Origin: Oopsacas minuta
Taxonomy: Eukaryota > Animalia > Porifera
Length of the DNA: 64,000 nt
Assembly (NCBI GenBank): GCA_024704765.1
Contig: JAKMXF010000360.1
Location: forward strand, 62,160-126,159
Direction: 5' to 3'
The notes below the pieces were generated by a model. It made no database searches, was not told the DNA's origin, and saw only the letters and a program-made list of their open reading frames with translations. The translations under genes were made by a program, and so were the position numbers. Shown piece after piece: positions 11,090-22,692 of this stretch (position 1 is the stretch's first letter; every line of letters starts with the position of its first letter).

Positions 11090-13990
11090 GTGCTCTATTT
11101 GTTTTGGTGCCAACTTCACATCATTTTTAGCGTCTAGTCTTGCCGGGTCTTGCGTCAACCTGATTTTCTGAAGCGTTTATGTAGGGCCGTCGTTAGCCAG
11201 AACGGCCCGGGTTAAGTTTTTATCCCGGCCCTCGGTATATTTCACAACAATTTTGAATCCTACCCTTGGATTCACAAACCTGGAAGTTACTGGTACATTG
11301 TATCAATTAAGTTTTAGAAGTCAATGCTATCTCGCTAAAGTAATTTCTTTGGAATCCAAAAACAATGGGGCAGTTGAGATGCCTGGCATATACTTACTAC
11401 TAATGGCTAACAGTACAAGATTTTGCCTATATCTGTTACTCTGTACAGCGTACAGGGATTTAGTAGATTTGTTCGTAAATTATAGTTGAGACACTTACTG
11501 ATTATGAGTCCAATAACCTAAACTCCTAAAGTATGTACATTATGTGGTGTAAATCAACAGTTCTTATTCAAGCATAAAAGGATTTCCCGTACAGTCTAAA
11601 TAATGACATGTATCTCCTTTGCAAATTATTCAAAGGTACATTAACTATCTGAACTCGCGAACTCAACGAGCGAGAAATATTTTGCAGGTATTATGGCCAA
11701 TGTAAAGAGGAAATGAGAGCTCCATACAGGGGTATGATACAATTATATTTGCACTTTACAGGTATGAAATAAGTATAATTTTTGAAATCTCGCGAGAAGG
11801 TTTGTATTGATTATCGAAACGCCTGATCTGTATTTGGTAAAGAAAGAGCCAAAATTTAGTGAGCATGAGCCCCCAGGGCCCGGGACCGTGCTCACTAATT
11901 TTGCCCCTTGCCCACACTCTCGACGCTACTGTGTGTAAGTATGGGCTCCAGGAGGGGGGAGGGGGGGACGGTTTGGTTTAGGACCAGCAGTTAGTCCAAC
12001 TTCTCTAAGGATTTTCCAAGCATTGACCTTACTTAGACAGTCCCTACATCTCGAGAACAAGATTGTCTTCGAGTTGATAAATCCATGGGACGCCCCGAAA
12101 GCGTTGTTCGATGGAGATAGTATATACAACTTGTACACCTGCTCCTATGATGTGGAACGCCCGAGCAGGTCTCTATGGAATTTTAAGATTTCAACTTTTG
12201 TTTACTTTATATTTATAAAAACAACAATAAATTTGTTATGAGAAACGAGAAAATCCGAAATTCGGATTCAGGATACTTAGTTAGCCCTGGGTAGCCGTTT
12301 AGAGCAAGCCTGCATATATAATTCGAATTTAGCTAATTTGTTTACTTATATATTCATGAAAATAACAATACATTTATATATGATTAATCCAAAAGCGTGA
12401 AAATCGGATTCAGCATGTTCGATTTATAGCGAAGTTTTATTGAATTCTATCTACTTCCTTGATAAACAGGATAAATACATAGTTATACGACAATTATAAT
12501 ATTGAATTCCGTAAATCCTTTCCTTGACGTCGGACAACAAACAAACAAACAGATAAACAGACAAACAGACAACAATTGAGTTCATTAGGATATAGATATC
12601 ACTGATATGTAAATATATTAGTGTTTTTAGGAAACAATTGGCAAGATCTCAAAATTTACATAGATACTAGCTCTCAACGGCTACAAAGGGGGTTGATCTT
12701 ACAAAATAATTCAATAACATATAAGCCATATACGTATATTTGTGAACGACATTGTTCTAAATATATCTATATCATAATACTTAAAGGGGCGGTCAATTGT
12801 AGGATAATGGATACCACGAGGCGCAATGCGATGCAACGAGGCAAAGGCTCGAGATATGTACATTCACATGTTATTGTAAGTTACTAATATTGGCGTATTT
12901 GCGAAATTGACTCATTCTTATCCACCCAATAGTATTATTTCTCGTGTTTTCGGAAGTATATATTTTGATTGTTAATTCTTATTATTATTATACACGGTGT
13001 AGCTGTTAGCGCATTAACGAACGCTCTGCAGGGTTGCTAATTACCAAACTCCTAGAGCTACTCTACATGGGTGGATGTCGTTGGTTGCTCATCATACTTT
13101 TTGATAAGACTTTCAGGATTAAGTGCTGGATTAGTTTCGGCGAGCCAACTTCACTTCATTCTTTGTGTCTAGTATTGCCGGCTCTTGCGTTAATCCGAAC
13201 AATCTGAAGCTTGTAGGCATGATGCACGAGGGGAGGTCGTTACGGTTCGGTTTTGGGCTCGCATACTATAGACCTTACACCTATATTTCTGTATTAGCTC
13301 TATGGGTTCGAAAACAAACGAGGGGTGCTCGAGCTCTCCCTGCAGCACCAAACCAGATAGGAGCGTAGGGATTTAGTGATCCAAGCCCCTAAAGCACTAG
13401 CGATATGGCTTAACGGGAGGGATGAAGGTTCTTTGGTTATGGGGCTAGCACGTCATAAACGCTAACGTTTGAGGTACACTAGCGTTTTGGGGGATCCTCG
13501 GTTCTGCGCGGAATACTAGCGATGCAGGGAATAAATCCTCTGAGACAAAATCTTAGGGCCGTGATAACCTTTTCGCGCATTACAAGAAAAATATGAACCA
13601 ACACTGGCTTTGAGGTCATAAGGAAATTGTGAATATTTAGGCATTCCTTGAAATTGCTAATATCAAATATTTTCGCCACATATTATCCAAAATGTGTACA
13701 AGGGTTCTAATCTTATTTTCTTCCAGTCAATTTAGATAATTTGCATTGTCTCAGATGACATCAAATAAACCAAGTTCAAGTTATGAAAAGCACATCTTCA
13801 AAGAATAGGGTGATTCCTCAGACTCATCGCAATTTTCAGTTTCAGGTGGATATCTCCTATATTTCATCACCTCCTTTACCTTCTCCGGATACTACCTTGC
13901 CATTATACCCTCCTCAATCTGAATCTACATCTCAGACAGCAGTTAGTCCAACTTCTCCAGGGATTTCCCAAGCATTCACCTCACTTGGGA
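11090..13990. repeat. Old ~2-kb-period direct duplication with two recognisable shared blocks
   Basis: Block A (gccaacttcac..tcat...gtctagt.ttgccgg.tcttgcgt.aa) at ~11090-11185 and ~13125-13220. Block B (cagcagttagtccaacttctc...gattt.ccaagcatt.acct.actt) at ~11985-12035 and ~13937-13987. Confidence 0.65.
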
Positions 13991-14747
13991 TGAAGTGAAA
14001 AGTAGAGTGAGTATGCCCATTAGGCAGAGTTGGCATGCTCATTAAGTAGAGTAATTTGCATAATATGGTAATGAACGAGAACGGATAAACCTTAAATGGC
14101 TATAATAATCAACGAGCATGCAAACTATTTCTTGGATTCAAGTGAACCAGAAATTTTAACTACATGGTCAATTTTTAATGGCTTTTGGATGAACCCAAAC
14201 AATTACTAAATGCATTTAATTAAGGTACTAAAATTGACTTGGTAATGATAATTATAATTACATGATAACACATCTAATTGTTTTTTCAAATCATAATCAT
14301 AATCATTGTCTATTCATATTTTCTATCTTTTTGCTTAAATTATTTGGTTGACAAGACAGTTAATACATTTATTAATATTTCCAAATCAAATGCATACAAT
14401 TGTTCAATGAAACATTAACTCAAGTAGAAATTCATCATCGTACAGGTAAACCTACAAGTACATTGTATTTAAAGAAAATTATGACGTATCCATCCTTTTA
14501 ATATTCTAGATATGGATGATTTTTTAGACTCAGCCCCATTTTAATGATGAAACAATAATAGTGATATCTATATCAACATATGATCAATCACCTCCCTCTG
14601 GATTCTGGGATCTAAAGTATGGATGTTGTTTGAAATAGTATTCGGATTTGTATCAGATTTCGAATTGACAAAGACAGGTATTCATATTCTTATTCTAAGT
14701 TATGTATAATAAAAACGCTATTTCTTTGTGATAGTATTTTAGCAAAA

Positions 14748-16385
14748 TTGCTCTTTAGTTTAGAAGAAGTTAAGCTGACTAAAACATATATTTCTATTAA
14801 TACAGCTTCTGAATTATGTTTGCGATGTTATGATAACAAGTCCACTCGCTCAATTAATGATCATCTATATCAATGCCAACCGAACTATGCCAACAGTTAT
14901 TCAATATTCAACTTCTCACGGTCTACAGTTTTTCAAATTGACAATATTGACTTCTACTGTTTCAACTAAAAGGAAATGAAGTGGTTTTGTAGTACATGTT
15001 TTGGGAAATGTAGTAGGCCAGCCGTTTTGAGAGCTTATTTACAAGATTATGAGTTCAACGAACCAACATCTAAACAAAAAGAAATCATATATCCAGTAAT
15101 ATCTGGTTCCCTATACACGTAACTTTTGATAGTAATATGATCTGTGTTTACGAAGAATAACAACTATGTAAGGATCTCAATTTGCCTCTCGAATTATTTC
15201 CCGAAAAAGAATTCTGTGATTATGAACATAATTTCCACAAAGAAAACGCTAAACTGGAGAGAAAGGGAATCATTTTGTACACTTGCAGGGCTGTTATTGA
15301 ATTACCTGAGCATAAAGGCAGGGTTTTAACAAAATATTTTCTCGTATTTTAATAATAGTATATTTTAGTATATTGATTTGTGTAATTGGTTAGTTTATAG
15401 CTCAGTATGCGATGGTACTTGCGAATGTAAATGTTCTTGTGACGGCAACTCAAATCTCCTGCTCAGCGTCAACAACAAATACTTCATACATTATGACTTA
15501 CTTTATGAGTACAGCGAATTTATGACCATATCAAGAAGCACCCTCCTAAGGTTTTTAAGGTAAGAATTGATATGGAATTTAGAACCATTACAAACATTTT
15601 ATAAATTTATTAATATAGGGCAACAAATTCCCTTTAAAAGATGCTTGGAAGTGAGAGAGTATATTTGTATCACATTCTCAAACATGGATGGATGCATACT
15701 TGCGGATAGTTAATATTCACTAAAAACCTAAATTTATTAGTCCTGTTTGCAAAGACAGTCCAGAAGTAATAATTTTAGATGGTGTAACATTGGGAACTTT
15801 GAAGCATATACCTAAAGATTTTCATTTGTTGGAAGATGATCAACATTTTTATTTCGTCCCAACTGCGGGATTTGTGTGTTCATTTCTGTCTCTGCTACAA
15901 GAAAAACCTTAAAGGAATATTGTATGGTAGGATTGACACAATCGAATTTCATAGAAATGTTAAGTTCGATCACCAGTAAATAGTTCAGAGATTATATAAC
16001 GTATAGCAGAATTGAAATTGATGTTTGGAGGAAACTTAATGAAAATTTTCCTAGCGTAATTGTTGTCACAAATTTATTGAGTTCTCCATCCCATTATGCT
16101 GAATATTTCAATGCTCACTGCTAAGTAAAGAAGAGAGAAAACATTCAGTTGCGCTATCAAAGGGAGGATATCAGTATGCAAGTCAACTTCAACAAAATCT
16201 TTTGAAAGTTAACTCATTGAAACAGTTATTTAGTTCTCTTCCAGCTAGAACAAGGGAAGATGGTTTAATGACAACACATCATTTTCTTACTCCTTTCTTA
16301 ACAATGATTCTGACAAAGATTGATTCTCAAATCAAACGACTTACTCGTCAGCTTACGATGATTACTTCATTTATTTTCCTATATG
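14748..16385 (+). pseudogene. Degraded KDZ (Kyakuja-Dileera-Zisupton)-like transposase gene, N-terminal CxC-cluster part
   Basis: Cys clusters WFCSTCFGKC and CDGTCECKCSCDGNSNLLLSVNNKYFIHYDLLYEY, plus (C)PVCKDSPEVIILDGVTLG, scattered over frames with stops. Continues beyond the Ginger insertion at 22356. Family assignment is from motif recall. Confidence 0.55.
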
Positions 16386-17846
16386 TAAGCTTTCATTTTT
16401 ATTACCTTAGCTCTGTTGCGTAGGATTTTGACCCGCAATACAAAACCCTAATAGCATATCCATGGTGCGGGTCAAAATCCTACGATGTAATATATGCGTA
16501 GGATTTTGACCCGCATCAAAATGTATTACACCTATTACAGCCGTAGGATTTTGACCCGCATATAATATATTATTGTCGTAGGATTTTGACCCGCATATAA
16601 TGTATTATTGTCGTAGGATTCTGACCCGCATATAATGTATTATTGTCATACGATTTTGACTCTAAAGTAATCTTACTTCTCTTTCATTTGACTTTTTCGA
16701 ATTCCATACACTTTCATTACGTAATTACCACTAAATGTACGTAATGTAATTCAACTTTAGACTAGCTATACTTATACGTAACTGAATAAATAAGTCAATT
16801 TAGAGTTGGATTCTAGAAAGTGGTGAATTTGTTTGATAACATGTAAACTATGTTCCCACTACATATTACAAATTTACAATATGTATAATCATCCAAAATG
16901 GCAAAAATGGACAGTATACGTATATAAATATTTTATATTAATATTACTTGGACAGGAGGTGGTAGGTATTTGATAATTGTGTTTAGTAACTCATAATAAA
17001 TAATATAATTTAACATGTCAATCTATATAATACAATATATTCTATCAAATAACAAAAATTTTACAAGCATTAGCATGATAATGAATATTCGGAATATCTT
17101 AAGTACGAATTGTAGGCGATTTCATCTTTACCCATTTCTCTATACTTCCTAACAAGCTTTAAGGAATATACCACTGAAATATGTTCATCTATTGGACAAG
17201 CGTAGACTATGCATTTGTTACGGAGTCTTGGTATAATGTTGATACACATATAGAGTTGAGGTGAAAACCGCGAGCCTCTGGCATGCTGCATACTCCTGGA
17301 AAACACTAATTTCTATAAACAAAACAAGTCAGCTGCGGTGGCCTCCTCCTTCCCCTTACAGCCACCCCCTAACGCTAAACGTCTAACGTTAACCTCACCT
17401 TGTTTATTTGTGCAGTGTTGGAGCGAGTTTGATGTGATTGCGATCACACCAAATTCGATTCTAAGCTGCAACATAAACGAATACGTACAATAAATCGTAA
17501 TTTAACAGACAGGCGAGGAGCTAACGGACCCCGAACGGCCACAGACAAGGAGACATTAAAAAATAAAAAATAGATAAGAAACTCGCTTGTATCTGATTCC
17601 ATGCTGTATTTCGTCTCGGCGTAGACTAGTCAGTTGCGCTGCCTTTCTCGCAATATACTTAGATGGTAGAGTGATGATATTCGCCACTGGGGATGTACTG
17701 TTGCAGGTCGCGTTTCCATTATCTGGGCTCACCATGATAGGAATTGCGTTGCCTGAATAACCTCGGGCAGAGGTCCCCACAAGGTTCGATGTACCTTGCC
17801 TTTGAGCGCTTTCGAATGATGGAAACGAGTCGTGAATCGCTAAGAA

Positions 17847-20800
17847 TTAGTCAGAAGAGTGCAAGAGGTAGAATACAGTATTGAGTGATCCGATGAAAGT
17901 GTCACAGTCCCAAAGTTGGATAATTGGTTCTCTCATTCCGTCATATTTATAGAATTGCCCGTTTTGGTAAAGGATTGAATAGAAGTGTCTATTACTCAAT
18001 ATGCTAAAGCCAGCAAGTTGGTAGTTAAGTGTCCGTTGGTTGTGACTGATGGTAAAGTGTTTGTCAATATCACTTGCAAAAATGTCTGGCAATTCAGGTA
18101 GATGTCCGATTTCAATTGTTAGCATGACAGGTATTGACTTGAATTGACCAGATATCCTCTCTAAGACAGCAGTAGTTGATCCACAAGACTTGCATTTAAT
18201 AGGAACGAGACTTCGATTAACAGATGATTCCAGGTTTGTAATAACGCCTCCTATATTACTAATCATGGATTGTGTCTCAAAGATATTGGTGCATTAGTGG
18301 CATTGGAAGATAGTGAAATATTTGTCGTTACACAAATCTTCTGTTCGTAAATATTTGATGATGTTACCCTCTCATCCAAAGAAATCATAAGACCGTATCA
18401 ATCCTGAGGAATCATAAATAACTTCAAGCCCAATTTTAGTAGCAACATATTCTCGAAGTTTCTCAAATTCACAATTAGCAGCCAATTGGAATATGTAGTG
18501 GAATTCAGCTTCAATATGTGTACTTCCGATTAACTTCAGTGAGTCTATGATGGTTGCTTTATTCGAACTAAGAATAGCCAATATATTGTCGATAGAACAG
18601 GTGTTAGATTGCACGATGTTGTTATACTTTCCTCCCCATTTAGGATATGGGATAAGATCTGATGCATTTTGTATAGATTGTTCTGGTATTTTAATGATCT
18701 CATGAACTTGCTCAGTTGGGAATATTAACTCAATTATTACTGGTAATAGAACAGCAATCGGATAGTCAAGATCTCTTCGTGTCTCTTCAGGTATTTCAGT
18801 AGGATAGGAGGAACGATATTCTGCGTACCAATTACCGGCTGATACAGCAAGTTTCTCCTTAATCTCAAAATTTAGTTCGTTGGGTGGATGGTAAGAATAT
18901 AGTAAATTCAATGAAGTTAGAGATGCAGCTTTTGTAGCGAGTTTCTCATGTAGTTGGGTTAAGTATGTGTTATTGACAAGAGCTGATAGTATTCGAGGTT
19001 TCAATTGAAGTAGTTCAGAATCGATATTTTCATAGATTGAGTGTTGTTGCGGTGTTTCAAATGTTTCTTCCATGGTATCCAGGTTGAATATATCATCCAA
19101 TGAATCTAAATACAAATAAATATGTGAAATGTAGGATTGCTATTACGTATTAATCGAATCAATACAGAACACAACTAGTTTATATGTACTTAATCATGGG
19201 CTGAGTCAATTAGTTATAGTTCAGTACAATATTGTCTCGCTAATATATTTACCGCTAGAAGGGAATTTGCAAGATCTTTTGGGCTTCTTTGATTTGCCTG
19301 TCTTCGTTCGAACCTGCCGTTTTTCGTTCATGCGAGAATGATATTTTCTTGATAGATGGATAGGTAATTTTGTTGTTTTGCTATCTGGGTCTTTTGCGAG
19401 CAATTAGGTGGCTTGGTTTAACTTCCTCTATCCTATATGGTCCAAAATATTTCTTTGCATCTTTTGTTCCTGGGAGTCGCTTGGCTTTCTTTATATTATG
19501 TACAAGTACCTCATCTCCTTCCACAAATTCTGATCTAAAGTTTACACTATGATTATACAAAGAAAATAATGTGCCAATTACGTACAGTTTGTAATGATGC
19601 TAATTATATAACTAAAGTAAGTGTTTTGGAATTTAAGAATTCATATAATTGAGGAAACAATAAATTAGTTCCGATTCAAGATTATTTCATATTTATCTGA
19701 ATATACAACAGTCAGTGAATTTAATTTAATTTTAGTAAGAGATGATGTATGAAATTCCAACATGTTACATCACAACAAGAATGTGTTTCGTTATTGCTTA
19801 CCTGTTGTGTTTAACTTTGCTGTCATATGTTTTCTTTTGAACTTTCTGACCAGCCTTGATGTTTTCAATAGCAGTCATCCTGTCAGCTTTACGTGTGGAA
19901 GAAAGATTTTCTATCCATTCGTTATCAATTATAGGAAAGTCAAATGGGCGTGGTTCGTTTGCATCCATTTGAATATTCTCATCTTCTGATACTTCTGCCT
20001 CTGAGATATCAGCTTCGGTTAGTAATCCGGGGTTAGTTGGAGAAGTGATAAGATTGAGAAGGTTAGATGAATCAAAGTCTCTCCCAAACATGAGATAAAA
20101 GGGTGTGTAGCTTGTAGAGATTTTGGTTTGAGTATTTGCTGCTAGTACTGCTGTCTGTAATTTCTCTGTCCATTCAGTGTCCCCATCAGATTGCATCTTG
20201 TTGATTTTTCTATTTGTAAAAAGTGTTAAATTGATTCAAAGCTATCTACTTATAAACGACGTGTATTAAACGTATGTAAGGCTTAGAATAGGTATATATT
20301 TATAATTAGCATCAGTACTCACGTTTTCAATATTTTGTTGTGTGACTCAACAAGTCCGTTACTTTGTGGGTGGTATGCTGTGGTTCTTCTGGTGTTGATA
20401 TTTATCTTCTTGTGAAATTCCTGAAATTCCTATTTTGAAAGTAAATAAGAGAACAATGACAATCTACTACGCGCATGTATTTAGTCTTGTACAACAATAG
20501 TAAGAAAGATAAAACGATTAATAAGGTATATTTTCCTCCCGAAGTTAGTAGCATTAATTCGTAAATTCTTATTTATTAGTATTTAACATAAATTAAAATC
20601 CAATTTTCCACACGGTTTCTTAAATATGGCCATCAGGACGCATAATTTCCTACCAGGGTATATATTGAAGCAATGCGTTGACAATTGACAATGCAACTTG
20701 TTACGTACGTATATCCAATATAGTAAGTTGCATTGTGTATCGGGAATAATTTACTTGGTGTATTTACAATTACTAATCTCGAGTATGTAAAAATATGAGT

Positions 20801-22135
20801 TACCTTGCTTGAGAATTCTGTTCCCTGATCATGTTGGAGGATGTTAGGCACACCGAATGAGAGATAAATTTCCTGTAAACAATTCAATATTTCTTTAGAT
20901 GTTTTAGTCTTGAGTGGTCGGGCAATTACAAATTTACTCAGGTAGCACACGATGACAAGAATGTGCTGAAATCCAAGTACAGTGCGAGACATATTACATA
21001 TGAGATCAATTCCACAATGACACCATGGTTCTTCAGGAGGAGGAATAGGTTGAAGCTCTCGTTGTGGCTGAGGAGGTAGAGCAGCAGAGGTTTGACAGTC
21101 ATGGCAAGTTCGGATCTAGAACGGGAAATGATTTAATTGTCAGTTTGCAGTCCAGTCTAATGTAATTTGCTACGTCCCAGATGTCCCACTAAATTAGCAT
21201 TCCGTCCCGCTTTTTCTTCACTCAGGTTGGCAAATATGTTTATGTGAAATACTCCCACTACCTATCCCAATTACTAACTACCGCAAGGATCATTAGTTGT
21301 ACCGCACAAATAGATTTCCATATGATAAAATTGTATACCGGTATACTAAATATCATCAGATCGCACAAATAAAGGTGTATACAGTAGAATAATTACAAGG
21401 TGAATAACCTCAAACTATAAAATACATCCTGTTCTCAGACTTACCAACCCCTTTTGCAAATTTCCCTGGATTATCGTTGCTAAATCCCTGGATTTCAAAA
21501 TTTGTAATCCAGGTATCCCTGGAGGGTTGGTAAGTCTGTGTTCTCAGCCACATTTTCTTGGAAAATCATATATGAAAGAAATACGTAATTTAGTAACTCA
21601 CGTAGGATCCAACATCATTGTATATACCATTCCAATCATATTTGTTTCGGATTCCATCAATGGTAGTGTTGATTCCAGGATGAGTGACATTGTGATAGAA
21701 TCCGATAATGTTGTCAATTTCTGAGACTAGTGGAATCTCCAAGTATTTCACACAGCCATTCTTCTTTGTGAAAATCTACAAGAAAATTATTCTAGTTAAA
21801 CGCAGAGGTTATAGGTAGCATTGAGGGGCAGAGGAGCCCCCTAGCGTTTTCGCCCTTCTCATCTCCCTATTGTACGCAAATTTAATGAGAGCAACTACAT
21901 ATCTGCCTCCTCGCAGATATGTAGTTACCTCAAGATTTCTAATTATGTCTTGGAAATATGTATAAATCAAAAATATCATTCAGGAATATACCTTCATTAG
22001 CTTATTCTCTTGAAAGTAAATCCCCTTGCACTTTCTGACAAAATTCTTCTTTCTGTAGCGATCACTCTTGATTTCTGGTGGGATAATATTCGTCTGGAGG
22101 TATCCACGAATTGCTTCATGCTCTGTCGCATCCAT
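17847..22135 (-). pseudogene. Ginger integrase (H2C2, DD35E, GPY/F) spliced to a C-terminal USP/C19-like cysteine-peptidase domain; ~900 aa, 7 exons, one frameshift and two nonsense codons
   Basis: Hand-spliced exons with compatible GT-AG phases: 22135-21992, 21775-21602, 21115-20804, 20429-20323, 20209-19802, 19546-19253 and 19105-17847. Motifs: HNVTHPG..CHDCQ, GIDL, HDQGTEF, YHPQSNGLVE, TPFYLMFGR, FGPYRI, NTCSIDN and RHFYSILYQNGQFYKYDG. Lesions: +1 frameshift near 19403, TGA at 18372-18374, TAA at 18294-18296. Confidence 0.85.
21436..21538. mobile_element. 103-bp MITE nested in Ginger intron 2
   Basis: 15-bp perfect TIR CAGACTTACCAACCC / GGGTTGGTAAGTCTG, flanked by the direct repeat TGTTCT (21430-21435 and 21539-21544). 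Confidence 0.85.
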
Positions 22136-22355
22136 AATGAAAAATGCCAAAAGTAAATATAAGTGTTTGATGTTGAAATCTAGAAACAAAGTAAAATGTT
22201 AGTGTGTGCATTTAGGAAGTCACACATGTATAAATACGAATACTATATGACTAGGGATGAAATGTTGATATTACTTGATTTGCAATTGCTACTTGCGGGT
22301 CAAAATCCTACGCGGGTCAAAATCCTACGCGGGTCAAAATCCTACGCAACAGCTC

Positions 22356-22652
22356 TATACCTGCTTTACCTAACATTCCACAAATATATTTCAGAAATCC
22401 AATTTATGAGTCAGAGAAGGCATCGGATTCTTGTATAAAATTTACGAAGATATATCCAAAACCCAATCGGTTTCTCCATGGATGCTGATTATGGCATGTA
22501 AACTCAAATTTTGCTATGGTTTTGGAATATTGAGGGAACGCAAATCCACAATAGTTGTTTACAACAGGTTGGTCAGCCTTTTCAAGACATTGCCAAAGAT
22601 TATTATATATGACAACGCGTGTAATTTGCAAGCTATATGCTTAATGGGATAA
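22356..22652 (+). pseudogene. KDZ-like transposase catalytic-region fragment (continuation of 14748-16385)
   Basis: PALPNIPQIYFRNPIYESEKASDSCIK...SPWMLIMACKLKFCYGFGILRERKST...PKIIIYDNACNLQAICL. The CYGF...YDNAC pattern is typical of KDZ-type transposases. Confidence 0.65.
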
Positions 22653-22692
22653 GTTGTATTATACCTATGTATGTATCTTTAATTACCTATAC

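Larger units (their letters stand above)
16414..22351 (-). mobile_element. Ginger (Ginger1-like) DNA transposon, complete, 5,938 bp
   Basis: Ends TGTTGCG...CGCAACA with a perfect 23-bp TIR (TGTTGCGTAGGATTTTGACCCGC). 4-bp TSD GCTC at 16410-16413 and 22352-22355. Subterminal repeats at both ends, a Gypsy-like integrase, and no gag, RT or LTR. Confidence 0.9.

Noticed and set aside
1860-13560. GC-rich MITE-end fragments (~1895-1938, ~4190-4231, ~11870-11930, ~13300-13560)
   Set aside because: Probably transposon ends, but only single ends are visible and no partner TIR or TSD could be paired, so they are not listed as features.
16419-16665. CRISPR-like array of 18-bp repeats with short spacers
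   Set aside because: Spacers are near-identical (tataat(a/g)tattattgt), one repeat is inverted, the same repeat forms the transposon TIR, the context is eukaryotic and there are no cas genes.
17650-17760. U1 snRNA-like start (atactta...) in a GC-richer patch
   Set aside because: Similarity stops after about 7 nt; no U1 stem-loops or Sm site are recognisable.
21893-21926. 14-bp perfect hairpin (aactacatatctgc/gcagatatgtagtt) as a Helitron 3' end or terminator
   Set aside because: No CTRR terminus at the expected distance and no other Helitron features. Bacterial-type terminators are not relevant here.
19802-22135. Gypsy LTR retrotransposon, suggested by the rve/GPY-F integrase
   Set aside because: No gag, protease, RT, RNase H or LTRs. 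The gene has spliceosomal introns and is bounded by TIRs with a 4-bp TSD, which fits a Ginger DNA transposon.
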